Notes: generated by a model not told the origin, from the letters alone. DNA of 64,000 nucleotides from the human T2T-CHM13v2.0 reference genome, Homo sapiens (GCF_009914755.1 NC_060927.1), one strand, 5' to 3'. Numbered from the stretch's first letter, positions 35,595-54,439 are shown. Translations and numbers: made by a program.

Positions 35595-36604
35595 CAGGGT
35601 TAGATTCATGGGCATGCAACCTGTGCAGTCACACGAGGCCCCATGCTGAGAAAGGTTCCATGCCTGGTTTATTCTCTCCTGTCATCATCTTGACATTCTT
35701 AATAATTTCCTCTTTTATCTTGTGTTTTGAAGAGAATTCCAATGAGACAACGGAGCATGTGCATGAGTGGAGAAGTTTGTTTATAATATATGTGTCTGCT
35801 GTTTCTTGCCACCCTATTCATGTATAGTATCCAAAGTCCCTATAGCACAAAATTCCAGTGGAACCCACGATGGATGGGAGTTTAGTGATATTCAAAGGGA
35901 GAATGAGATTTGCTTTTTTTGTTACAGCTGAGTAAGCAGAGGTCTCAACAATCCAGAGAGGCCGAACTTTCCATTAGAATGAGAATTTGCTTCAAATGTA
36001 GAAAAACAATGACATTATCAGAAGCATGAATAATAAAGGAAGCTTTTTCATATTTTTTATTTCTGTTACTTCCCTGTATTAACCCACCCCTTATGCTGAA
36101 AATGATGAAATAGAAGGAAAGGAAAAGATAGGGCAACCCCACAGCTGTTTTTTATTTCAGTTCTTCCTTACTTATCAGTAAGCTAAAGATAAAGGTTTTT
36201 AGTAAAATGTGTGTGTATCAAGTGAAAACAAGCAAAAGCAAAAACAAAACAGGTCAGTTAGACTTTCTACTATTGTGTGGCACTTTCGCTGTTGTGCTAA
36301 GAAAGAAATACATACGCATGTACAAGCTATGAAATATAAATTGTGTAATTTCAGTAATTCTTTGTGTGAGTTAAATGGTATAATATTTGCATTTGAAATT
36401 GGCATTGCCACTATAATGGTAAAAGAAATGCTAATAATGTGTGTAGATTTTTAATTTAGAAATTAAATAGGAAATTAAAATGCCAATACAGGTTGAGAGA
36501 GAGATGGTGGAAGTACATGTAATGACACATTTTCCTGCTTTTAAAACAAGGGGCCCTGCACTTTCATTTTATACACCGACCCTCAAATTATGTAGCCAGC
36601 CTTA
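35595..36604 (+). mobile_element. MER45B-like hAT-Tip100 non-autonomous DNA transposon
   Basis: Starts cagggttagattcatgggcatgcaacctgtgcagtcacac, ends aacaaggggccctgcactttcatttt...aaattatgtagccagcctta (MER45 termini); perfect 8-bp TSD ATCTTTAA at 35587-35594 and 36605-36612. Confidence 0.85.
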
Positions 36605-37705
36605 ATCTTTAATAACATATTTGAGTGGGCTACTCAGACTGTGGCTGATAACCTTCTTTCATTTTTAGTGGTCACAATGTATTGATTAAAAGAGAAAATT
36701 TATTTTGTTTCTTCTCTCGGGATGGCTATGGTTGACAAAAACATACTTTTTGGCTTCTGTCCTATCTTTTATTTTTATTTCTCCTTTGGTAAAGTACTAT
36801 ATAAAAACTTAGCAGTGTTTCTCCTTGATCAATGAGATGTCTCCCTTTTCCAACAACAGCTTCTATATCAGACTCAGTACTCCAGGGACTTAAGCACATT
36901 GATGCTTCTATTCTGCTATTTTTCTTCATTTAGTATCTCATCCTTAGAGAGCACAAGAGGATAAATAGATTGTTTACCCAGGTGTGGTATTAGTGTTGTA
37001 CACACACAAAATGCTGACTCTCTGTACCCTTCTGACACTCAATAGGATAACATTAAAAGTATCCCAATGTATATTTTTCTGCTGTTTCTCTCCAAAGTGC
37101 TTTATTGTTGTCTTTTCCTCTACCTGTATGAAAAACCTCACAGATATCCCAATGTTTAGAGTACAAATTAGGATCTGGAATGGACTCCTTATCTGGTGGC
37201 CTCCATTTTGCCTTCCTGATCCTGATCCTGGGAAGGCCCACCACAGATAATAAGTCACGCCGTTGAAATATAATTTTTAAAATAAAATTAATTTGCCCTA
37301 ATATTCACCAGTTTGATTTCAGCATTTGAAATGACAATAACTAGGTCTTTTGCAAAGTTTTTTGAAAGACATATCATGTGCTCTTTGTAGGTTATGTTTT
37401 TGCACTTATATTAAAGCAACATTTATATTAAAGCAACATTTATAACATCTGTTTAAAAATCAATTTAACATGTACATTTATAATATGTAAAATTAAAAAG
37501 AAAGAATATTAAATGGAAAATAAAATTTCTACACTATGGCTTACTTATTACTTTAAAAATAAAATTAGTATATGAAATTTATATATTCCTCAATTGTATT
37601 AAATTTTAGAGTGACCTCTAGAGTATCCAGTAGATAATGCAGTTAGCCCTAAAGAAGCAGTGAAATAAACTTCTGGAATGTTTTTAAATTTAAAAAGTAA
37701 ATCAA

Positions 37706-38016
<311 letters not shown>

Positions 38017-38084
38017 TCAGAATGTATGAACTATTTGGAAAATAATGTAAACTGTCAAATTTTCCAGTATAACATACAAGACAG

Positions 38085-38310
38085 TATTATGTGGTAGGAT
38101 GTAAGATGCAGATCCTAGATAATTTACCTGGCTAGGTTGTAATCTAAGCACCAGCACTTTCCCGCTATGCAAATTAACTATTTAATTATCTGTGCCTCAG
38201 CTTTCTCATCAGAAAATGAGGATACTAGAACTGACTTTATACAGGTTACAATAGTTATCTAAGTTGATGTTTGTTTAAGGCTTAGAACAATTACAAGCAT
38301 ATTATAATTG
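38085..38310 (+). mobile_element. MIR SINE remnant
   Basis: tctgtgcctcagctttctcatcagaaaatgaggata. Confidence 0.55.
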
Positions 38311-39899
38311 CTATATATCTTTGCATATATGAAACTTAAGATTAATATGCTTTTATGGTGTTGATACTACTTATGATGCCTAAATGTACAATCATGTACA
38401 TTTGTACAAAAATGTACAAAAACTGGAAAGCTTTCAAGAAAATGATATTCAGTACTATGTCGGGTGATGTCAAAATTTTATATTTGTAAATATGTTACAA
38501 ATATATTCAATAATCTATTGGCTTGCTTTTTAAATTCCAAAACATTCCAGTTTATTTCACTGATTCTGTGGGGCGAGCTGCACTAAAAGTATTGCATTGA
38601 AACGTACTCTGCAGAATTGTAGCTAATATCTAAATGTGCAGTTTAGGTTGCAACATATGTGAACTAAATACGTTTTCTTAGATCAACAAAAACATTAAAT
38701 TCAAGTGTAATTCAATTACCTACACATGAGCTACAGACAATCATAATGCCAAAGAGGCCTATGGGAATCTTAGCTGAGCCATAATAATCATATGACTGAC
38801 GCATTGCGGGTAATGATATTAAAATATAAACCAGTCAAATCTTGACATAGCTAATTATTTTTTGTCTAATTATTCTGATTTCTAAATAATTTAAGATTTA
38901 TCATATCAAGTATTGACTCAGTCGGTATAACACTCATATACTCATTTCAACAGCAGAAAACATCACTGAAGATATTAATTTCAGGGTTTTGAGTACCTCT
39001 CTTCAATCCTCTGTCAAATTTAATTGCTGAAAGAAATAATATTTTGTCACCTCCATACCAAAAGCTAAAAGTGAGCAGGATTGAGATAACCAGGAAAGGA
39101 GCAAGAACAGATGAAATCAAATTAAATCTGGTGCTTTTTCTTAAATCTGCCATGTCTGAATTCAGGGTAAATCAGAGCTCTTTATATCCAAGACTGTGGC
39201 AATAGCTTTCTAGCAATGGCTGAAGAGAAACTATCCATTCTAAAAATTAAGATAAATGGAATATTCTGGAATGGAGCTGATTACCAAAGCTACATAGAAC
39301 CGTATACCACCTGATTGCTTTTGTTTTTATTTGTTTTCAATTTTTTGCACTACTCTCTAAGTCTACAGTCTAAATGAATGGATCCGTTTTAGAATGAATG
39401 ACTTGTATTACTGAGTAGTATTACTAAGATTAATTGAAAATATATAATTTTTAAATTATTACTAGAGAAATCAGAGGGGAATTGAATGGAATTTCCTCCA
39501 CTACTAAAACCCTAACAAATAAATTTCTCCTGGGCATTTTCAACTCCAGCCATTCTCGATAATTTTCAAAACTGGATATACACAAAATGTCACTCATTCA
39601 TTCTTTTACTTAAATTGTTATGGAATATCTTCTATTCAAAATCAAAATTAAAGCTTAATAGAGATTATGTCTCTTGTCTAACATCATCACTTACCTACTT
39701 CTCAAAATGAAGCGTTCTCTAAGTTATATTGCCTCTTCAATTTTTCAATTTTTAAACAAATATTTTTGTCTCATGTAAGAGCTTTTCCGTCATAGAGATC
39801 AGAACCTAGTCTTCATTCTTTGAAGTTATAGACCAAAATCTAAATCTCCTAAATATATTCTAAACTTTCCCTCAAATACTTCAGAGTTTTTTTAAAACT

Positions 39900-41190
39900 A
39901 GGTTTTAATATTTGTTGCAATTGAGATATAATTTTAATTTTTCTTTTAATGGGTTGTCCGATTTTACTTATTAAATACATCATATCTCTCAATCTGGAAG
40001 TCACTCATTATATATTGTTAATCTACTAGTGTTTGTTTCTCGATTTTTCATAAGCTGCACTGCTTGATTTTTCCATTAGTTCGGGTATTATATTATTTTC
40101 ATTACAGCCATTTAAAAACATTTTGATAGCTGGGAAGACCAAGCCCTACCTCTCCATTTTCCTAGCCTTGCATTTTCTTTCCTCTAAAATATATATGGCC
40201 CTGACTTGCAGAATTACACTCCTACAAATGTAAGACATATTCAAGTCTTCCTTCAATTAAAAAAAATATATATTGGAAATTTGATTGGGAGAGTAAGAAA
40301 TCTCTTGATTAACTTGGAAGATAACTGGTATCTTTAAAATATAAAGTTTTATATCTACAAATGTAGATTATGATTCCATTCACCTATGACAGCTTTTACT
40401 CCTTTAGTAATGTTTTATAAATTTTTCCAATAAAACCTTATATATTTCTTATTAGGCACATGAGTAGGCACTTTATAATTTTTTTCAAAATTGTTTTGGG
40501 ATCTCTAGTATATTTTCTAATTGGATACTCTTTTTGTCTAAGGATATTATTGATTTTCTTATTTTGCCCTTGTTTCTGGCCACTCTGCTGACCTATCCTG
40601 TCACATTGTTAGTTCATATTATTGAGTTTTCTATGAAGAGAAGTACATTGTAGAACAAAATGAGAATATTAACTCTCTCCAATGTTTATACTTCACATAT
40701 CTTTTCTTTTTCTAAATACATTGATTAGGAGCTCCTGTATCATCAATATTGGTAAAAATTGTGACTTTTTTTCTCATCTCTTACTTTAACTGGAATGATT
40801 CTAATATTTGACTACTAAATATACTATTTGATGTTAATTTCTGCTGAATACCTTTTCTCCAAATTGAGTCTCTTCATTCTCATTTCTTGTTTCTTAGAGC
40901 ACTTGCTATCAATGCATGTTTAGATTTGTTAATACTTTGGATGCAGCTTATCACATATTTATTCTTTTAATAAATGTAGTAGATTATACACATAAGACTT
41001 TCTAATGTTGATTAATCTTGCATTTCCAGATCAAATCATACTTCTGGATATAGTCTTCTTTTAGAGAATACCTGAGGTGAATCTGAGGACATTTTATTTG
41101 GGAATATTGAATCTATGTACATAAATTAATTTGGCCAACAATTTATCTTGTGTTATCTTTGTAGTCTTTTGATTTGAATTATTCTAGCTT
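39900..41190 (-). mobile_element. Degraded old L1M ORF2 fragments
   Basis: T-rich plus strand with reverse L1 phrases (gtagattatacacataagactttctaatgttgattaatcttgcatttccaga; aattaatttggccaacaattt). Confidence 0.55.
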
Positions 41191-41214
41191 GTACTTATCC
41201 CCGCCTATATCCTA

Positions 41215-41746
41215 ATTTATACCCAAAGGAATATAAATTATTCTATTAAAAAGACATATGCATGTGTATGTTCATTGCAGCACTATTCACAATAGCAAGG
41301 CATGGAATCAACCTAAATGCCCATCAGTGATAGGCTGGATAAGGAAAATGGGGTTCATATACATTATGGAATATTATGTAGCCATAAAAAAGAATAAAAT
41401 CACATCCTTTGCAAGGGCATGGATAGAGCTGGAGGCCATTAACCTAAGCAAACTAATGCAGAAACATAAAACCAAATACAGCATGTCATGTTCTCACTTA
41501 TAAATGACAGCTAAATGATGAGAACTCGTGGACACATAGAGGGGAGCAGCACCCAATGGGGCCTACTGAAGGGTGGAGGATAGGAGGAGGGAGAAGGTCA
41601 GGAAAAATAAATAATGGGTACTAAATTTAATATCTGGATGATAAAATTATCTGTACAACACATCCCCATGACACAAGTTTACCTATGAAACAAACCTTCA
41701 CCTGTACCCTGAACTTAAAATTTAAAAGTAAAAATAAAAAATAAAA
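41215..41746 (+). mobile_element. 5'-truncated older L1PA (about PA13-16) 3' end
   Basis: acccaaaggaatataaattattctatt...ttcattgcagcactattcacaatagcaa...ctgtacaacacatccccatgacacaagtttacctat...gaacttaaaa plus A-rich tail. Confidence 0.85.
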
Positions 41747-43277
41747 GCAGCAAGATCAGCTTTTAGAAAAGAAAAATAGTTGATTAATTTTTCAGTGTTT
41801 CCATGTTTTGAAATACTTTTACATAATGAAATATCTTTCTTTAAAAGTAATCCGAACATTTACATGTTTATGTCTTATTTTTAGAGTATGTTTTTATTAT
41901 ATATTTTTTGTTTCCTCCTATGTTCATATATCCTTATATATATATTGATTTATTTCTGTCTCACAGTTCACTGATAGTGCCATTCCAGGGTACTAATTTG
42001 AATTTAGACTTGGCAGTGCTACAGAATTTAAATATATGTATGTATAGTCCAACACCAATATGACATCCAAGACTTCACTTTCTGGTTTGAATTACTCACA
42101 AGTGATGTTTAGTTCTTTACAATTGAATGAAGCACAAAGTAAGCATTTGGTGGTTTACTTTATTTCAAATTCAGCTGCAGTTTCTATGTACAAATCCCCT
42201 TGACCTCATCTCATTTCCTGATACTAAAATCCCTTAATCAGTGCCTTCTTTTCACCATCATAGGTGTCTTTTCTGCTCTCACACAGGGTCAAGAAACTGC
42301 TCTGTACAATGTGATGAGGGGTGTGGGCTTGTAGTGTTAGCCTCACATGGTGGTAGAGTTCTGGGTGTGAAGAACCCTGCCAGGGCCATTAGTTCTGTTT
42401 TTTTGTTTTTTTGGTTTTTTTTCCTAAGGGTTCCACTGCTACTTGCTTGTTGCTACACATAGGATTTTCTTCCCTGGGCACACTCTAGTATGTATCATAC
42501 ACAGGAAATCTGACTTTCCTAAGTATGTGCCTGCTGCTAAGGGTGAAAAGACAATGACAAAAAGTTTCCCTTTTTTGACCTGTTCCTTTTTATCCAATTT
42601 AATCAAAAAATTGGATAAGGGACCTGCAGGGCCTATAGTGATGAGATTTATAAACCATGTAAAAGACATTCTGTATGGCTATGGATGATCCTGAGAGTAA
42701 AGCACATAATCTTCATCTTTCTCTCTGTTGTTTCTCTCTTTCTTTTCTCTCTCTCTCCCTTTCTCTCTCTCCCTGTGCTTGTGAGTCTAGATAGACAAAA
42801 GTAGTATATCTGCATATATATTTCTTTACATATTTGTATATATATATTTTACAACTCACATTTCATTGGTGGTTCTATCATAGGTTATTGATGTCAATTC
42901 ATCTGTATGCAGGCTAAAGGAATATAAAAGTAGATAGTTGGACACACATGTAATTCTAAACTTACTTTTTGGATCAAACAGCTACAGTTACTCTATAATG
43001 TACTATCTGGTTGATATTTAAATATTCATGTGTATATCACGAATTCAAACTAGGTGTATCTTTTTTAATTATTATTATACTTTAAGTTCTAAGGTACATG
43101 TGCACAATCTGCAGGTTTGTTATAGATGTATACATGTGCCATGTTGGTGTGCTGCACCCATTAACTCGTCATTTACATTAGGTATATCTCCTAATGCTAT
43201 CCCTCCCCTCTCCCCCCACCCCACAACAGGCCCCAGGGTATGATGTTCCCCTTCCTGTGTCCAAGTGTTCTCATTGT

Positions 43278-47103
<3,826 letters not shown>

Positions 47104-47166
47104 TATGATGTTAGCTGGTTATTTTGCTCATTAGTTGATGCAGTTTCTTCCTGGCATCAATGGTCT

Positions 47167-48183
47167 TTACAATTTGGCATGTTTTTGCAATGGCTGGTAC
47201 CAGTTGTTCCTTTCCATGTTTAGTGCTTCCTTAAGGAGCTCTTGTAGGGCAGGCCTGGTGGTAACAAAATCTCTCAGCATTTGCTGGTCTGTAAAGTATT
47301 TTATTTCTCCTTCACTTATGAAGCTTAGTTTGGCTTGATATGAAATTCCGTGTTGAAGATTCTTTTCTTTAAGAATGTTGAATATTGGCCCCCACTCTCT
47401 TCTGGCTTGTAAAGTTTCTGCCGAGAGATCCACTGTTAGTCCAATGGGCTTCCTTTTGTGGGTAACCTGACCTTTCTCTCTGGCTGCCCTTTACATTTTT
47501 TCCTTCATTTCAACTTTGGTGAATCTGACAATTGTATGTCTTGGAGTTGCTCTTCTTGAGGAGTATCTCTGTGGCATTCTCTGTATTTCCTGAATTTGAA
47601 TGTTGGCCTGCCTTGCTAGATTGGGGAAGTTCTCCTGGATAATATGCTGAAGAGTGTTTTCCAGCTTGTTTCCATTCTCCCCATCACTTTCAGGTACACC
47701 AATCAGACATAGATTTGATCTTTTCACATAGTCCTATATTTCTTGGAGGATTTGTTCATTTCTTTTTATTCTTTTTTCTCTAAACTTCTCTTCTCGCTTC
47801 ATTTCATTCATTTGATATTCAATCACTGATACCCTTTCTTCCAGTTGATCAAATCAGCTACTGAAGCTTGTGCATTCGTCACATAGTCCTCATGCCTTGG
47901 TTTTCAGCTCCATCAGGTCATTTAAGGACTTCTCTACATTGGTTATCCTAGTTTGCCATTCGTTTAATCTTTTTTTAAGGTTTTTAACTTCTTTGCGATG
48001 GGTTTGAACTTCCTTCTTTAGCTCGGAGAAGTTTGGTCGTCTGAAGCCTTCTTCTCTCAACTCATCAAAGTCATTCTCCGTCCAGCTTTGTTCCATTGCT
48101 GGTAAGGAGCTGTGTTCCTTTGGAGGAGGAGAGGTGCTCTGATTTTAGAATTTTCAGTTTTTCTGCTCTGTTTTTTTCCCCAT
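47167..48183 (-). pseudogene. L1 ORF1 remnant, disrupted
   Basis: EQSWTENDFDELREEGFRR, IIQENFPNLARQANIQIQEIQR, DLSAETLQARREWGPIFNILKEK fragments. Confidence 0.9.
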
Positions 48184-49489
48184 CTTTGTGGTTTTATCTA
48201 CCTTTGTTCTTTGATGATGGCAACGTACAGATGGGGTTTTGGTGATGATGTCCTTTATGTTTGCTAGTTTTCCTTCTAACAGTCAGGACCCTCAGCTGCA
48301 GATCTGTTGGAGTTTGCTGGAGGTCCACTCCAGACCCTCTTTGCCTGGGTATCAGCAGCAGAGGCTTCAGAACAGTGAATATTGCTAAACAGCAAATGTT
48401 GCTGCCTGATCATTCCTCTGGAAGTTTCACCTCAGAGGGGTCCCTGGCCGTGTGAGGTGTCAGAGTGCCCCTACTGGGGGGTGCCTCCCAGCTAGGCTAC
48501 TCGGGGGTCAGGGACCCACTTGAGGCAGTCTGTCCATTCTCAGATCTCAAACTTTGTGCTGGGAGAACCACTACTCTCTTTAAAGCTGTCAGACAGGGAC
48601 ATTTAAGTCTGAAGAGGTTTCTGCTGCCTTTTATTCAGTTATTCCCTGCCCCCAGAGGTGGAGTCTACAGAGGCAGGCAGGCATGCCTCCTTGAGCTGCG
48701 GTGGGCTCCACCCAGTTCAAGCTTCCAGGCCACTTTGCTTACCTACTCAAGCCTCAGCAATGGTGGGCGCCCCTCCCCCAGCCTCGCTGCATCCTTGCAG
48801 TTTGAACTTGGACTGCTGTGCTAGCAATGAGTGAGGCTCTGTGGGCATGGGACCCTCCAAGCCAGGAGCGGGATATAATCTCCTGTTGTGCCGCTTGCTA
48901 AGATCATTGGAAAAGCACAGTATTAGGGTGGGAGTGACCCAATTTTCCAGGTGCCCTCTGTCACAGCTTTGCTTGGCTAGGAAAGGGAATTCCCTGACCC
49001 TTTGCGCTTCCTGGGTGAGGTGATGCCTCACCCTGCTTCAGCCCATGCTCACTGTGCTGCACCCACTGTCCTGCACCCACTGTCTGACAAGCCCCAGTGA
49101 GATGAACCCGGTACCTCAGTTGGAAATGCAGATATCACCCGTCTTCTGTGTCACTCATGCTGGGAGCTGTAGACTGGAGCTATTCCTATTTGGCCATCTT
49201 GGAACCTCCCTTTATTATATTTTTATTTTTTTTTTCTGAATTATTAATTTATAGCTTGATCACTTCTAAAAATTCTGGATTGTATATTTTCTCATAAAGG
49301 TATTTTGCTTTTGTCTTATTTAATTCAAAATTTGTACAAATGAGAAACTGTCTAAATTTTAACTTCTGTCTACTTGTTTTTTGTTTTAATAATTTCATTG
49401 AATGGTACTTTTTCTCTGCTTTTCTTTCTCAATAATATTTGTCAAAAATTTGTCTGTGCTATATTTTCCCAGATCTTTTTTAAACATTT

Positions 49490-50100
49490 CCCACCAGGGT
49501 AGTATATTTGTTACAATTGATGAGCCTACATTGACACATCATAATCACCCAAAGTTCATAGTATACATAAGGGTTAATTCTTAATGTTGCCTATTTTTGG
49601 GTTTGAAACAAGTTATGATGACATGTACCCAAAATTATAGTTATCATATAGAGTAGTTTCACTGTCCTAAAAATCATCTGTGCTCTCCCTATTACCCCTC
49701 ACTCCCCACTAAACTCTGACAACCACTAAGCTTTTTACTGTCTCCATGGTTTTGCCTTTTCCAGAATGTCATGTAGCTGGCATTACACAGTATGGAGCTG
49801 TCTCAGATTGGCTTCTTTCATCTAGTAATGGACATTTAAGTTTCCCTCATGTCTTTTCATGGCTTGATAGCTCATATTTTTTAACATTTAATAATATTTC
49901 TTTGTCACTGGATGACAAGGATGTGCCACAGTTTATCCATTCACCTACTGAAGGACATGTTGGTTGCTTCCAAGTTTTGATAATCTTTAGTAAAGCTGTT
50001 ACAAACATCAACATTTTTGTGTGGATGTATATTTTCAACTACTTTGGGTAAACAGCAAGGTGCAAGATTGCTAGATCATATGCTAGGAGTATGTTTAATT
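49490..50100 (-). mobile_element. L1MC-type 3' end fragment
   Basis: tttgttacaattgatgagcctacattgacacatcataatcacccaaagt...tttatccattcacctactgaaggacatgttggttgcttccaagtttt. Confidence 0.75.
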
Positions 50101-50542
50101 TCATGCTTTATTGATTATTTGTTTATATTTATATTTTCTTAACTATTTGAAAATATTATAATCCTTTCAATTGATACTAATTAAAAATAGTTCATATTGC
50201 TAAAATTTATGGAAATTTACAGTAAAGTTAATAAATAAGCAGATCTTTTTAAAAAACAAGATGCAGTGCTATTTCTCCAATAGCTGATAAGTAACCATGG
50301 CAGGTTTCCAAACATCTATTAGATTTTCCAAGAAAATAAGTTATCATAGCAACTCTAAAAGCATATTATATGGTTTTAGACCATTACTACTCACTGATAT
50401 TTCTTCAAATATGAATAGAAGTGTAAATATATCAACTCATAAACACATTGATTCATAATAAATTAGTTTGCAGCATTTGCAACATTGCTGCATTTTAAAA
50501 TAAATATCATACAACGATCCAAATACTTTCATTTATTTTTTT

Positions 50543-50641
50543 AATGGAACACTTCACGAATTTGCATGTCATCCTTGCACAGGGGCCATGCTAATCTCTG
50601 TATTATTCCAATTTTAGTATATGTGCTGCTGAAGCGAGCAC
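50543..50641 (-). pseudogene. RNU6: U6 snRNA retropseudogene (possibly RNU6-1094P, from memory)
   Basis: Reverse complement reads GTGCTCGCTTCAGCAGCACATATACTAAAATTGGAATAATACAGAGATTAGCATGGCCCCTGTGCAAGGATGACATGCAAATTCGTGAAGTGTTCCAT, i.e. U6 with CpG decay and a 3-nt deletion just after the ACAGAGA box; A-tail at 50532-50542; degenerate TSD gatc(c/aa)aaatacttt. Confidence 0.95.
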
Positions 50642-52899
50642 TGATCAAAAATACTTTTGATCATTTCAACTGCAGGAACAAGTATCTAGAAAGCTAGCTG
50701 TGCAATGGATCTCAGAGCCCTAACACTATATAACTCCACTGATCATACTATTTCCATGTCAGATATTGAAAGAAGTTCTGGAAGGCCAAGAAAGAGATCA
50801 AATGGGATCTCCTTAATAAGTATATGAGAACACTGGACTCAGTTCCCACCTCTCAATCATTAATGGAAAAGAAGAGTTGCAACAAGTACAGATGCAGGCA
50901 AAGAAGCAAACCCAATACCTTAATTCTAAGCATACTTTTCCTTAATAAAGAGGAGTTGAAAGATGGGTGGCTTAGAATCCTCATGTCTAGACTTAGTGAT
51001 TTCAAAATTATCCTGGAAATCTCTTAGCTGAACAAAAGGCCTTCAGGAGGTTTAAAATTGCATACTGGAACTATTGAGACTGTCTCTCAGCCATTTTTCT
51101 TGTTGGCAACAGGCCCCAACCAGTCCACTCTCACATTGTCATCAGGGTTGTTAGCCTGAAAATTTCATCATGCCACTCCCACGTTTCCAAATCACTTATA
51201 CTTGCCCACTGTCTACATCATGATGTCTGTACTGCTCTTACCATGGTGAGGAGTCCAGCTTCCAGTGAAAAACTTTGGGTAATTTTCCAGATCCAGTCTG
51301 GTGATTATAAACCCTTCACCTGGGAGGCTTAGGAAAAAGCTGCCTTCCCCACCGCAGATGCGGTGAACAGTCACAGCACTGCAGTGTCTGAAGGCAGCAG
51401 CAGGCAATGACTCTGGCCCCACCTGGCCAGTCAAGCTCTTTGCATCTTTGCATGTACAGCCCCAGTAGGATACCTCCATTCATAGGTCATTTCATCTGAG
51501 TCCCCCTGGGCTGAGGTCCCTCTCAGGTACCCCTGCCAAATGTTCCTTGGAGCGGTGGCAGGCTGGGTAGGGGAGGTTGGGGAGACTCTCACTCAATGCC
51601 CAATACATTTCCATGTTTAGAACTTCTCCCTCATCCTCTCCACTACTTGAAGGTCCGTAAAACTGCGAGACCTTTTGTTTGGGACTCCCTCAGTAGTAAG
51701 ATGACTCTCACATCTGTTCTGACCTGTGCTCTGTTTTATAGGGCAAAATGCAAGAGAGGGTCCATGCTTTCTCTAATTTTAGCCTTTTGCTTATATCATC
51801 ATAAAAGAGTAAAGCCTAACTTCTTGCACATTTTTGGCTTCTTGCTTTAATTGGCTATTCAGACACCTCAGAGCTCAGCTTTCTCACTCCCAGTTTACTG
51901 AACTCCTGTCATATGACACTCAGGCCCTGTTAAAGTTTGCAGAAATGTGTCTTCAGGGCCTCTTCTCACCGTAGCTTTCTGAGTAACCCTGTACTTGCAT
52001 CAGTCTCGACACTCCTCCTTTTATTTACTCAGTGATTTTGAGCAATTCTTTGTCTAGAACGCTCCCTTTCTCCTTGACAATGAATAATAGAAAATAAAAT
52101 CACTAAAGAACAACATAGACATGATTTCTCTCAAAGATCTTCTCATTTTACTTATGCAGGGTCATTCCTATGTTCCCCAAATCTTTTAAGTTCTTTACCA
52201 CAGTTTTGTACATACAAAATTACATTGCAATTTTTATGTCTACATTTTTTTTTCTTTTTGATAACAATTGAGCTTGTGGAAATCCAGAACTTTACATCAT
52301 TTTTATCTACATCCCTCGTCCCTAACCCAGGCCTTAGCTCACAAAAGATGCTTCATAAAAAAGCCTGGATCCCTAGAGAAGATTCTTAGATTTTAGCATA
52401 AAAGTAAATTAAATGTTTTGTTTAATAATACGTTAAATAAAAACATTATATAAAGGAGAAACACTTGATTTTGACCATTTAAAACATTTGTGTGAAACAT
52501 ATCTGATATTGAATTTAGTTTTGCTCAAAATCGCTACGTAAAATTATAATTTTAACATTCTTATGAATGTATATAATTAAACAGCTACACAATGAAAAAT
52601 TCTTCCTCTATACCCTAAAGAATGTCTGTAATGTATATAACACCCAATGGTAAACGAGTAAATGTTTGAGTTTTACACATTAATGTTATGAATATTGCTA
52701 AAATAAAGCATGCTATTCATAAGACTTGATCTTTCCATAAAACAATAATACTTTTATTATTTTGTGCATAGAAAAATTAAAATTGTTACTTTTTTCTTAA
52801 AAATAAACTTTTAGTTTTATGTAAAACCAAAAATTATGTTAATAGAAATGTAATCAGCTCACTTTACATTTTATTTTTAAATAGGAGAAATATAGACAG

Positions 52900-53210
<311 letters not shown>

Positions 53211-54439
53211 AGACTTTTTTTTTTTAATTCTCCCGCAAAGAATGATTGTCATACTCCCTTTATGTCAAACCTTATCCACTTGGTTCTTGGTTCCAAGACC
53301 CATAATTTGTTTTCTTTCATTTTAATATTTCCATGAATTCTAAATCTTTACCCTTTGTTTCTGCCTACTTATTCTGCTGTTTGGGTTTTTTTCTTCTTCT
53401 TCTTCTTTTGCGCTCAATATACACTCAGTCACTTTCTGGAAAGTCACATGTAGTCATAGAAAGTGATATTTTTATGTAAACATGCTTGTTATTGTAATTG
53501 CTTTTTAAGGCAGCCTGATAACAAATTTCCTGTCACAATCTGAAATATATTCTCTTTCACATTTGCCACTGCATGTGACTCCAACATTTATTCCTTCACT
53601 TAGGTAATTTTTACTCATCATTCAGTGTGAAGCAAGAATGTTGTTCAAAAAACAAAAACAAAACACTGTTTCAAAAAGTTTCAAGTTTAGGAATTTAAAT
53701 CAATGTCTGAAAATATTTGCTACAACCATAATAATCAGAATACAAAACAGAAGGACTTCAGCACCCAAGTCACCCCAAGGCCTCACCAAATATTAATCAC
53801 CTACCAGGTCCCAGCCCCTGAACTAAGTGTTAAGGATCCAGTGGTGAACAGAACCAACAACGGCTCCACAGGTTGACAGAAAAGACTCAGCTGGTGGGAT
53901 GGCAGATAAAAGGGGAAAGAAATAAGGTGGAGGGAAGGAAATGTTCAAAGTTGTGTAGCTGTGAGAAAGTATGGTGTATATTGAAAACAGGAAGGTCTGG
54001 GTTTTGTGTGTGTGTTTCAGTTTGTTTTATGCTGGCTTCTTTTCTGGCAGGGGGGCACTCAGAATAGGGTGGAAACACTGGGTGCTGGGTGAAAAAAAAA
54101 ATTACTAGAGTATCATTCACTAGACTGTCCTTAAAGAGGTTTCTATAGACTGAAGGGAATAATTTATTTTATTACAGGTAGAGTCTAAGATTTGGATTCC
54201 TGTGCAAATTCAGTAAGCAAGGTTAAAGAGGGAAGGGATCAGCAGGCAATATTGGACAGTTAGGGTGTTACAGAAGCACATTTCATAGCTACTATGTGTT
54301 TCCCTGGTCCATATCAACTTTAGCAGCAGTATGATAGTCAACAATGACAAGAAAGTGTTAAAAAGTACTTTAAATAATAGAATTAAACAACCAATCTGAT
54401 TTTTTGCCTGAATGGGTAAAACTGGTATTTTCAAATTGA

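Noticed and set aside
50543-50641. A functional U6 gene
   Set aside because: It has an A-tail and TSD, CpG decay, a deletion beside the ACAGAGA box, no T-run terminator and no evident upstream PSE/TATA.
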